Positions 1-7,134 of a stretch of DNA of 25,122 nucleotides are shown here, one piece after another. The stretch covers positions 1 through 25,122 of IMG/VR virus record IMGVR_UViG_3300050153_000004. One strand, given 5' to 3'. A program made the translations under genes and the position numbers. Numbering within the stretch: position 1 is the first letter of the stretch; every line of letters begins with the position of its first letter. This DNA is from a virus. Its lineage: Duplodnaviria > Caudoviricetes. Below the pieces are notes generated by a model. It was not told the origin of the DNA, made no database searches, and worked only from the letters and a program-made list of their open reading frames with translations.

Positions 1-1455
1 CATCTGCCCAGCAGGGTCAGTCATCGCCCGCCAGTACAGTACTCGGGGGGAGTTGTATTGCAGGATGCCGGCAATAACCGCAGTCTCGTTTGCGATATTC
101 CCGGCCTGGCTGGCTACACCTGTTGCGCCTGTGCCTGCGGTAGACCCTGGTATCAGTACGTAGGCATCAGGCCATTTTGCGAACAAGAACGTCAGAGCGT
201 CCACCACTGCTTGCGTGATCTGCGCTGCAGTGAAGGTGCTACTGGCAATACCGTTGCCGTCGTTTACTGATGGGGCGATCAGGAAGGCCGCTACTTTTTG
301 AAGTTGGGGAAAGTTGGCGATGTTCTGCAGTTTCTGCAGATGGGTTCGATTACCAGAAAGAAACCCGGTGCCCGACTCGGAAAACAACCACCAGTTTTTT
401 TGGCCGCTGTAGTCCTGCATCACGTTTGCGTAAGAGTCAAAACCTGAACCTTGAGCTACCGTACCGCCGATAGAGTCCGCAAGGTGCACGATCTGAGGTA
501 GCACAGGCGTGGGGTAAAACGTGGCCGAGCCGCTAATACCGATCCGCCCTATGATGTTGTCAAACACAGTAGGGATCTCGATGTACCTGCGCTTACGGCC
601 GCCAACTTGGCTAAAGTCCAGCACCGTGTAATACACGCCGCCGCTCAAGGTCTGCTTGAACGCGCAGGGTACCGCTGGGGAGGCGACCAATGTAGGGTCC
701 ACCACCCTGCGGGGTCCGGTGCCGTCGTCAATAGTGAGAGGCCATTGATTTCCGCCACCACTACTCAAGCAGGGGTACACGTCGTCAGTGGTGAGCGCCC
801 AGCGTCCCGCACGAGCAGCAGTGCCGTCTGCAGTTGGGTCAGTTGCGCCGGAAGCAAAGTAACTCACCGCCTTAGCGTATCCACCAGATGCAAACGGGAA
901 CGCCCCAAACAACCGCAACGGCGCAGTAAGCAGCGCGCCACCATTGCTTGGAAACGAATCGACTACACCCGCAATCGGGTTGATGAGTTGGTAGTTTGCA
1001 GGGTCTGCAGAGCCTGGGTTGAAATAACCGACAGTCGGGACTGAGAGTTGCACCCATGCCCCTGTGCTGGCCCCGTAGAACACGTAACCGCTACCGGACG
1101 TGACCTTGCCAATCTTTGCAGCGTTAGATGCTGCGGGGAACGCCGTTTGCAACGCCGCCCCAGTCGCATACACAGTGTTTGAAACCAGCTCTGCTGATGG
1201 AATCGGAGTATTCACACGGCAGTTGTTGGCCTTCGACCGCTCATAGCTGCTGGCGATTTCGAGCAGCACCGAATAGTCAGGGCTGACTTTTTGCCATACA
1301 CCGCCGATAGAGTGATACTCACCCCCATTGACAAGCTGCACACTCCCTGCATTGCTTGCTGCGGGGAGGGCTGATTGAAGGGCGGCGAGGGATGGGTAGG
1401 AGGAAAGAGACTGAACCGCTTGGCTCTTGTCCTTGCGTGTAAGAATTCCCGACAT
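1..1455 (-). CDS. SGNH/GDSL-hydrolase-domain protein, probable tailspike-like esterase/deacetylase (3' end outside the window)
   Basis: Translated by hand: ATG at 1455, GGAG RBS at 1461-1464, 485 codons open to position 1. Starts MSGILTRKDKSQ. SGNH-like blocks are IVHLADSIGG (Ser codon 472-474), SESGTGF and IAPSVNDG. Absent from the ORF track because no stop lies in the window. Confidence 0.85.
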   Translation of the reverse strand, partial: MSGILTRKDKSQAVQSLSSYPSLAALQSALPAASNAGSVQLVNGGEYHSIGGVWQKVSPDYSVLLEIASSYERSKANNCRVNTPIPSAELVSNTVYATGAALQTAFPAASNAAKIGKVTSGSGYVFYGASTGAWVQLSVPTVGYFNPGSADPANYQLINPIAGVVDSFPSNGGALLTAPLRLFGAFPFASGGYAKAVSYFASGATDPTADGTAARAGRWALTTDDVYPCLSSGGGNQWPLTIDDGTGPRRVVDPTLVASPAVPCAFKQTLSGGVYYTVLDFSQVGGRKRRYIEIPTVFDNIIGRIGISGSATFYPTPVLPQIVHLADSIGGTVAQGSGFDSYANVMQDYSGQKNWWLFSESGTGFLSGNRTHLQKLQNIANFPQLQKVAAFLIAPSVNDGNGIASSTFTAAQITQAVVDALTFLFAKWPDAYVLIPGSTAGTGATGVASQAGNIANETAVIAGILQYNSPRVLYWRAMTDPAGQM

Positions 1456-1469
1456 AAAGTCTCCAAAAC

Positions 1470-1492
1470 AAAAAGCTCGCACGCGGCGGGCT
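1470..1492 (-). terminator. Intrinsic-terminator-like hairpin between the endolysin and SGNH genes
   Basis: Minus strand reads AGCCCGC-CGCGT-GCGAGCT then TTTTGTTTT; one stem mismatch. Confidence 0.65.
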
Positions 1493-1514
1493 ACAGGGTG
1501 GGGGAGTAAAGCGA

Positions 1515-1988
1515 TCAGGCGACGATGCCGCTCAGCGTGTCGTGCTCAGTGATCGTGATCAATCGGTTCACGGGCTTGGCCTGCGCGCGTGTCGACACAT
1601 GCACCCAGGCCTTGGCCACGCCATGAGGCCGCTCATAGATCAGCTGACCAATGCCCAGCACAGAGACCAGCGGCGCCAGCGCCTGGGCCACCTGCAGGGG
1701 CGTGCCATAACCTGCCGCCAGGATGTCAGCAGCCGTGGCCAGCACGTGGTCTGAGCTGGGCTTGCTGCCCACCGCTGCATTGAGCGCAGGGCAGCGGTAG
1801 CCCGAGATGATGAACACCGGCACCTCATGCTGGGCCAGCACAGACAGCTTGGCGCGAATGCCCTCCAGCAGCGCCAGGGTGGCCCATGCCGCAGGCTCCA
1901 GCGTTTCGGGCAAAGTGTTGTCGATGCCCTTAGCGGCCGCCGTGCTGCTGCGCACGAAGTCGGCCAGGGTGAAGTGACTGATTTCCAT
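1515..1988 (-). CDS. Endolysin, peptidase M15A family (Zn-dependent)
   Basis: N-terminal HFTLADF, SGYRCPALNAAVG...SDHVLATAADI (His...Asp Zn ligands) and WVHVS (third ligand); follows a holin-like gene. Confidence 0.92.
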   Translation of the reverse strand: MEISHFTLADFVRSSTAAAKGIDNTLPETLEPAAWATLALLEGIRAKLSVLAQHEVPVFIISGYRCPALNAAVGSKPSSDHVLATAADILAAGYGTPLQVAQALAPLVSVLGIGQLIYERPHGVAKAWVHVSTRAQAKPVNRLITITEHDTLSGIVA

Positions 1989-1994
1989 ATCGAC

Positions 1995-2261
1995 TCACTT
2001 ATGCGGCGGTGCGCCGTTTTTGATCGCGTACACCGCGCCCCAAACGGCGCCAACAGCCACCGCGATCTTGCCCAGCCACGAGGCCACGGCGCCCAAGGCA
2101 CCCAGCACGCGCAGGCCCGCACGGCCCATGACCAGGTAGTCACGCACCTCCACGGTTACTGCGGTGTTGTCGCTGAGCTCCTGCTGCATGCGGTCCATGC
2201 GCTGAGCGCCATCAGTCAGCTGCTGCTCAATGGCTTGACGCCAGGCTTGTTCGTCACTCAT
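1995..2261 (-). CDS. Holin-like single-TM protein (about 88 aa)
   Basis: Start moved to ATG 2261 (MSDEQAW; GGAG at 2270-2273). Coiled-coil-like N-terminus, hydrophobic C-terminal segment (VLGALGAVASWLGKIAVAVGAVWGAVYAI), and a position directly upstream of the endolysin. Confidence 0.6.
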   Translation of the reverse strand: MSDEQAWRQAIEQQLTDGAQRMDRMQQELSDNTAVTVEVRDYLVMGRAGLRVLGALGAVASWLGKIAVAVGAVWGAVYAIKNGAPPHK

Positions 2262-2289
2262 GCACACCGCTCCAGGGGTTGCGACTAAG

Positions 2290-2310
2290 AAAAGCCCGCG
2301 CAAAGCGGGC
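2290..2310 (-). terminator. Intrinsic-terminator-like hairpin upstream of the lysis genes
   Basis: Minus strand reads GCCCGC-TTTGC-GCGGGC then TTTTCTT. Confidence 0.65.
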
Positions 2311-2333
2311 AAGGGCAAGGGGTCACGGCCGTG

Positions 2334-2687
2334 TCACTTGGACAGCGCGTGCATGTAGTTTTGCAGCGTGATTCCTGCCGCCGACCGGGCCTCTGCTTTG
2401 ATTTGCGCAATCTCGGCATCGGTCGGCGGGGTCATGAATTGACACGGCTGCTCGACGTACTCCACACGCGGGGGTCTATGCCTGCGGGCTGGAGGCGGCG
2501 TGAACTCAAGCGCCGCCCTGCCAGCATCAGTGATGCTCACGGTGATGGCGATGTGTGCAGCCCTGCGTAGCCGTGTTGATGGATTTGACAGCGAGCGATC
2601 ATCGCGCAGCATGCCCTGGTATTCAGCCAGGTCCATCGATCCGCCCGACTCAGACAGCGCGGCCAGGATTCGGCGCGGCCCGTTCAT
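2334..2687 (-). CDS. Hypothetical protein with winged-helix-like N-terminal domain
   Basis: Likely start ATG 2687 (ATGA overlap with the upstream stop at 2684-2686). RRILAALSESGG...ITVSITDAGRAAL resembles the first helix and wing of MarR/PadR-type wHTH domains. Confidence 0.5.
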   Translation of the reverse strand: MNGPRRILAALSESGGSMDLAEYQGMLRDDRSLSNPSTRLRRAAHIAITVSITDAGRAALEFTPPPARRHRPPRVEYVEQPCQFMTPPTDAEIAQIKAEARSAAGITLQNYMHALSK

Positions 2688-3244
2688 GGCCTGCCCGCAA
2701 GGATCTTTGCCACCGATGCGGGATCGCTCCACACTGGCAGCAATGCGGGATCGATCACAGTGGTTGTCAAGGCGCTTTTCGCCGCATCAGCGAACCCGCT
2801 TTTGCTCGCTGCAAATTTGAGCAGCGCATCGGCGCAATTCATGGCGCCTGCACATGCCATGACCACAGGCACAGCTTTGATGGGGTCAGCATTGGGGCAC
2901 CACCACGACACCCAGCCGAAGCTGTTGAGCCCTAGGGCCTCGTCATGCGCCAGGCCAACCCCAGTGCCGCCAGCGAGCTTGGGCACGCATGTGTCGGGGC
3001 CTTGGATGGGGTAGACCCGGCACACGGCCCAGTCGTTAGCCCCAAGCGCTTTGGGCAGAGCGGGGAAGTAGCGTGGGTCGCATTGAAACGTGCCCGACTT
3101 GACTGCTGAGCTGACGTTGCCGGGTATGCCGTAAACGACAAGCTGCGGGCTGTCTAGCGTGGTCGTTGTGTAGCCGTTGATGAATGTCTGAGCCCAGGCT
3201 TGAGAGCACAGCAGGAGGGCGATGGAGGTGATGAGTTTTTTCAT
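2684..3244 (-). CDS. Secreted Cys-rich hypothetical protein
   Basis: Sec-type signal peptide MKKLITSIALLLCSQAWA|QT, six Cys in the mature part, and an AAGGA RBS overlapping the upstream stop. Confidence 0.75.
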   Translation of the reverse strand: MKKLITSIALLLCSQAWAQTFINGYTTTTLDSPQLVVYGIPGNVSSAVKSGTFQCDPRYFPALPKALGANDWAVCRVYPIQGPDTCVPKLAGGTGVGLAHDEALGLNSFGWVSWWCPNADPIKAVPVVMACAGAMNCADALLKFAASKSGFADAAKSALTTTVIDPALLPVWSDPASVAKILAGRP

Positions 3245-3253
3245 AGTCGATCC

Positions 3254-5572
3254 TTAGCTCAGGGTGATGCCCCACTTGGTGGCCATGTCAGTGATGGCCT
3301 GCTGAATCTCGGCGTCACTGCGAGCTGCGGACTGCACGAGGATTTCTGCGTAGTCCGCAGCACAAGCGACGGGCGCGTATGTCGGGTCTGTCGTGTTTGT
3401 TTCAGAAGCGCCCAAATAGAACGCAAGCTCGTTGTTGAACGTGCCCACAGTGCGTGCAACCGCATCTACAGATTTGGTCGTGCTGGTATCCCAAATCGTG
3501 ACTGCCGAGCCAGTGTCCTTGACCGCGACGATGCGCCATGCGCCTGCCGCTTGCCCGGCACCAAAGCTGATGTCATTGCCAGTTGTAGTGACCAACCCCC
3601 GCCGTGCTGATGACGCCGATGCGCTACGCCGGATCAACGCGATCGTTTGGGAATCGATGCTGTCAACGGTATCTGACGCGGACCAGATATAGCCGGTGTT
3701 AGTGTCAGTCGGTCGGTACACGACAAGCACCGTGTATGGCTTGTTCGCGCCTTGAAACGCCTGAGCCAGCGCCGTTGTTTGAACAGCAACAAATCGTGCA
3801 GGGTTGCCCGATACGTCACGCGCAAAGGAGACGTAATCCAAGCTGTTCTGGCCGCCTATCGTGATTGTGCGAGCTGCACCCGCGCCCACGAAATCGCCAA
3901 AAGACGAACCGCGCTTGTTGCTGATCGCAGTGATGCTCGAACCAACCATTGTTCGAGATGACGTGTCGGAAAAATCAAACCAGCCGATGCCGTCTGATGT
4001 CCATCCTGCGTAGGCATAGCCGCTCGCTGTCGAGACAGTGACGCTGGCTGTTTTGGACTGCCCAAGGCTATTGGTGACAGTCACGGACATTGCATAGGTG
4101 CCCGCAACAAAGGTGCCGGTAAGCAATCCTGTCGCATCGTTGTAGCTCAAACCCGATCCAGCCAGGCCGCTCACGCTGATTGTCTTTGCGCGACTTGTGC
4201 CATCAGTCACAAGCACACCGCAGTCACATGCTGTGTAGAGGTCATAGCTGAGCACTTGCCCAGCAGTGAGCTGGATGCTGTTCACATTGACAACTGGCCC
4301 CACATTGACGGCAAAGCGCAAAGGCTCGCATGTTGAGCCAGCTTTGTACGCGTGCATCACAAAATTGATGCGGCCAGTTTTGCCGCTCGTGATGTTGACC
4401 GTAAGTTGCCGCGTACTGCTGTTGTATGCGACACCGAGCGGGAACTGCGAGTACACCGAAGAGTCTGTCACGCCAGGTTCATTGTTCTCCGCGTAGACCG
4501 CACGGAAATCCTCGCTGACCGTGCCGTCACCCCACAGCACAGCAGCACTGGGCAGCGTGATCGTGATCGACCCACCATAATCGACGTTCTGATCAGCAAG
4601 AGCAGCCAGAGGCCTGTAATGTGCTGCGCCAGCACGACGCCACACACGCACATAGTCCACGAGCATCTTTGCGCCGTCAGCATCAGCAGCCCATGCTGAG
4701 GCATTGTAGGTTTCACTAAAAAATGATGCGTTGTAGACGTGGCTCGTGAAAAGCAGATACTGCGGGAGCCCCGCGCTATTGCCCGTACCGGTGAAAGTCG
4801 CGTAGAGCGTGCCGTTCACAAACAGTCGCACGTTGGAGCCATTGACGATGTACGTGATGAGCGCCATTTGCCCATCGTGACTGCGAGGGCTGCCCGCCTG
4901 CGACGGCGTAACGGACCCTGCTGACCACTGATTTTTATCGAAGTACGCGGCCTGGCTCGTGCCCTCCCAGTCGTACTCATCGCCATTTACGATCTGCGAA
5001 GGGCCGATGCTAGTCATCCAAAAAGTGGGGTGCCAGCCTGCCGGGTTACTTGCCGCAGCGCTGAACGACATCAGCGCCTCGACGATCACATCAGCAGATC
5101 CAGCAGCGCCCGCGAACCACGACAAGGCGCCCTGGCTAGAGATCATTGAGCCCAGTTCTGACCGCCCGGAAAGTTGATCAGTTTTTGCGAGCTCCTGGGC
5201 TGTGCCACGGCGCGCTTGCAGTGTGAGTACGCCACCCGATGCGCTCAAGTTGTTGTAGCCCACAGGCACGCCACGATTCGCATCGTTGTAGCCAGTGTGA
5301 TACGGGTCAACGTCATACATAACGGCAAGCGGACCAGATGCGCCACCCCGTGCACCGTTCGGTGCATATGCGCGGGTCGTCCGCCACTTACCGCGAGGCT
5401 TGTGTGGCGCAAGGATGTCGAGCGTGTCGAAGTCATCACCTCCGCTCAGTACGAATCCATCGTAAATTGAGCCCGTCGCGCCAGCGGCACCGACCGCAAC
5501 CCCGCCGATCAAACCTGACCCCGAAAACATGCTGGCGATGAGCGCCGCCAGTTGCGTTTGATTGAGGCCCAT
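3254..5572 (-). CDS. Multidomain protein: GH16 glycoside hydrolase, Ig/cadherin-like domains, C-terminal LamG/ConA-like domain
   Basis: Start likely ATG 5572 (GGAG upstream). GH16 hallmarks are DDFD, GVLTLQARR, GWHPTFWM, catalytic ExDxE (EYDWE, 4964-4978) and MLVDYVRVW. An Ig-like GLSYNDATGLLTGT..YAMSVTVTN segment follows, then WFDFSD...AEILV..AARSDAEI. Confidence 0.8.
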   Translation of the reverse strand: MGLNQTQLAALIASMFSGSGLIGGVAVGAAGATGSIYDGFVLSGGDDFDTLDILAPHKPRGKWRTTRAYAPNGARGGASGPLAVMYDVDPYHTGYNDANRGVPVGYNNLSASGGVLTLQARRGTAQELAKTDQLSGRSELGSMISSQGALSWFAGAAGSADVIVEALMSFSAAASNPAGWHPTFWMTSIGPSQIVNGDEYDWEGTSQAAYFDKNQWSAGSVTPSQAGSPRSHDGQMALITYIVNGSNVRLFVNGTLYATFTGTGNSAGLPQYLLFTSHVYNASFFSETYNASAWAADADGAKMLVDYVRVWRRAGAAHYRPLAALADQNVDYGGSITITLPSAAVLWGDGTVSEDFRAVYAENNEPGVTDSSVYSQFPLGVAYNSSTRQLTVNITSGKTGRINFVMHAYKAGSTCEPLRFAVNVGPVVNVNSIQLTAGQVLSYDLYTACDCGVLVTDGTSRAKTISVSGLAGSGLSYNDATGLLTGTFVAGTYAMSVTVTNSLGQSKTASVTVSTASGYAYAGWTSDGIGWFDFSDTSSRTMVGSSITAISNKRGSSFGDFVGAGAARTITIGGQNSLDYVSFARDVSGNPARFVAVQTTALAQAFQGANKPYTVLVVYRPTDTNTGYIWSASDTVDSIDSQTIALIRRSASASSARRGLVTTTGNDISFGAGQAAGAWRIVAVKDTGSAVTIWDTSTTKSVDAVARTVGTFNNELAFYLGASETNTTDPTYAPVACAADYAEILVQSAARSDAEIQQAITDMATKWGITLS

Positions 5573-5574
5573 GA

Positions 5575-5925
5575 TCAAGCTCCCGGTGCCACATACACCT
5601 CAGCAGTCGGCGTGGCCTGAATTGCCGTGACGCCGTAAGCTGGGATCGTGCGAGTGATGCTGCCACCCGTCACGCCGTTGATCGTCACGCCAGCGGGCGC
5701 AGTGATTGTCAGCACAACAGCCGATGCGCTCGTGTTGTAGAACGCGCAGCTAAACGTGGCGCCGAACCCCGTTGCAAGCGTCGCAGTCTGGGCACTGGAA
5801 ACCGTGAATGAGGCGCCAGCATCTGCGGACGTGAGCGCCCGACTTGTGAACGCCACAGGCGCACTCAGGCTGCTTGAGGATGTGGGGGAGGCTGCTCGGT
5901 CCTTGCGCGTCAAGATGCTGCTCAT
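5575..5925 (-). CDS. Small beta-rich tail-fibre knob/adaptor-like protein (116 aa)
   Basis: GGAG RBS and start MSSILTRKDR. RALTSADAG...TITAPAGVTING...AYGVTAI...YVAPG resembles a domain common at phage fibre C-termini (recognised by eye). Confidence 0.6.
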   Translation of the reverse strand: MSSILTRKDRAASPTSSSSLSAPVAFTSRALTSADAGASFTVSSAQTATLATGFGATFSCAFYNTSASAVVLTITAPAGVTINGVTGGSITRTIPAYGVTAIQATPTAEVYVAPGA

Positions 5926-5944
5926 GGGGTATCTCCAAAAGTGG

Positions 5945-5967
5945 AAAAGCCCGCACGCGGCGGGCTT
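5945..5967 (-). terminator. Intrinsic-terminator-like hairpin after the tail fibre chaperone
   Basis: Minus strand reads AAGCCCGC-CGCGT-GCGGGCTT then TTCCACTTTT; perfect 8-bp stem. Confidence 0.7.
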
Positions 5968-5986
5968 GGGTTGTGTCGTCAGGGGC

Positions 5987-6337
5987 TCAGGTGCCAGCGG
6001 GGTAGGCTGGCTTCGGTGGCATGGCGCCTGTACCTGTGCTGATGATCGAGCGCAGGGCCGCGCGGTAGGTCACCCAAGCAGCCGGGATGGCCACACCGTG
6101 CTCAACGCAGCGGATCATGGTGATGTCTGAGGCATCGAGGGCGGCTTGGGCTTGGGCTTGGTGAGCGGCCCATGCTTTCAGGCCACTCAAACGCACGATC
6201 TCGCTGCTGACCTCGCCCGCCGTTGGCTGGAGCTGCCGGTCATCGAGCCAGACAATGTTTTCGTAAGACAAGTCCCCTTGAATTTGCCACTCCGCACCCG
6301 GGCGAAGCGACGAGAGGGCAGCTGCAATGTTGCTCAT
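5987..6337 (-). CDS. Tail fibre assembly chaperone (XkdW/Tfa-like)
   Basis: Start moved to ATG 6337 (MSNIAAAL; ATGA overlap with the fibre stop). LRPGAEW..IVW..QPT N-domain and C-terminal WVTYRAALR...PPKP typical of fibre chaperones. Confidence 0.78.
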   Translation of the reverse strand: MSNIAAALSSLRPGAEWQIQGDLSYENIVWLDDRQLQPTAGEVSSEIVRLSGLKAWAAHQAQAQAALDASDITMIRCVEHGVAIPAAWVTYRAALRSIISTGTGAMPPKPAYPAGT

Positions 6338-7125
6338 GCAATCCTCCGAACGGAGATGACAGAGTTGATCAGGGAAGCATTTGTGACCGCCCCGGAAGAG
6401 TAAAAATAGACACCACCAACCGTGAGCCACGCCGTCGACTGGTTGCTCCAAGTGCCCGACCAGATCGAGGTGCCGTAGCTATCGGCATTTTGCGCGAGCA
6501 CCCTTTTGTTCTTGCCGGCGGAAGGAAACAACGTCAGGCGCGACGAACCGTCCGTTCCACTCGTACCAGACGAGGTGTCCGACTGGAACGATGCATATGG
6601 AGATACGCCCTGATTCGGCGTTGATGCGTTGCCAGCAGCCGTAAGGATGACCCCCACACTGAACTGCCCGCTGTAGCTCGTATTGTTTGGCCGCACATCC
6701 AAGTCGTAAGCGATGGCGCCACCATTTGCTTGCGTGTTGATCAGCACCTCATAGACCCCACCATCCACCATCTGGGTGGTGACGTTGCAGTCGTTGCTGC
6801 CGTTGGTGACGTACTGATGGATGACATCGAAACGGTCCAGCAGAAGGGCTGCATCCCCGCTGCTGCGGGTGATGGTGGTCATTTTTCCCGCAAACAGCGT
6901 TTGCAGCGCCGTCAGCAGTTGGTTGAGCACAGTCGCACTCGGAGTCAGGCCGGCAGCCAACAAGATGGCACGGGCCTCCTCGGCCTGCTGATGAAACCAC
7001 CATGGGCCTGGCTCAGTCGCAGGAACCGAACCCGGTGTGCCTGCGGTGGGGAAGCCCACCGAGGGCGATGCCGGCGCAGTGGGTGCAGTGGCCGCAGCCC
7101 CTGCTTGGTAGGACCTCAAATCCAT
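6334..7125 (-). CDS. Short tail fibre protein (Mu gp49/S-like N-terminal anchor)
   Basis: GFPTAGTPG..ATEPGPWWFHQQAEE...AAGLTP...NQLLTAL anchor motif, position after the gp48-like gene, and a beta-rich C-terminal domain. Confidence 0.82.
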   Translation of the reverse strand: MDLRSYQAGAAATAPTAPASPSVGFPTAGTPGSVPATEPGPWWFHQQAEEARAILLAAGLTPSATVLNQLLTALQTLFAGKMTTITRSSGDAALLLDRFDVIHQYVTNGSNDCNVTTQMVDGGVYEVLINTQANGGAIAYDLDVRPNNTSYSGQFSVGVILTAAGNASTPNQGVSPYASFQSDTSSGTSGTDGSSRLTLFPSAGKNKRVLAQNADSYGTSIWSGTWSNQSTAWLTVGGVYFYSSGAVTNASLINSVISVRRIA

Positions 7126-7134
7126 GGGTATGCC

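Noticed and set aside
58-1466. Short ORFs in the track (58..270, 270..473, 607..1044, 872..1057, 963..1169, 1212..1466)
   Set aside because: All overlap the continuous minus-strand SGNH frame (1455 to <1), which has an RBS and recognisable motifs.
5570-5580. Frameshift or pseudogene break joining the 116-aa ORF and the GH16 ORF
   Set aside because: No slippery sequence is present, and the GH16 ATG has its own GGAG, which fits two coupled genes.
1-7125. Diversity-generating retroelement or invertible tail-fibre segment
   Set aside because: No reverse transcriptase, template/variable repeat pair, invertase or opposite-strand fibre gene was seen in the window.
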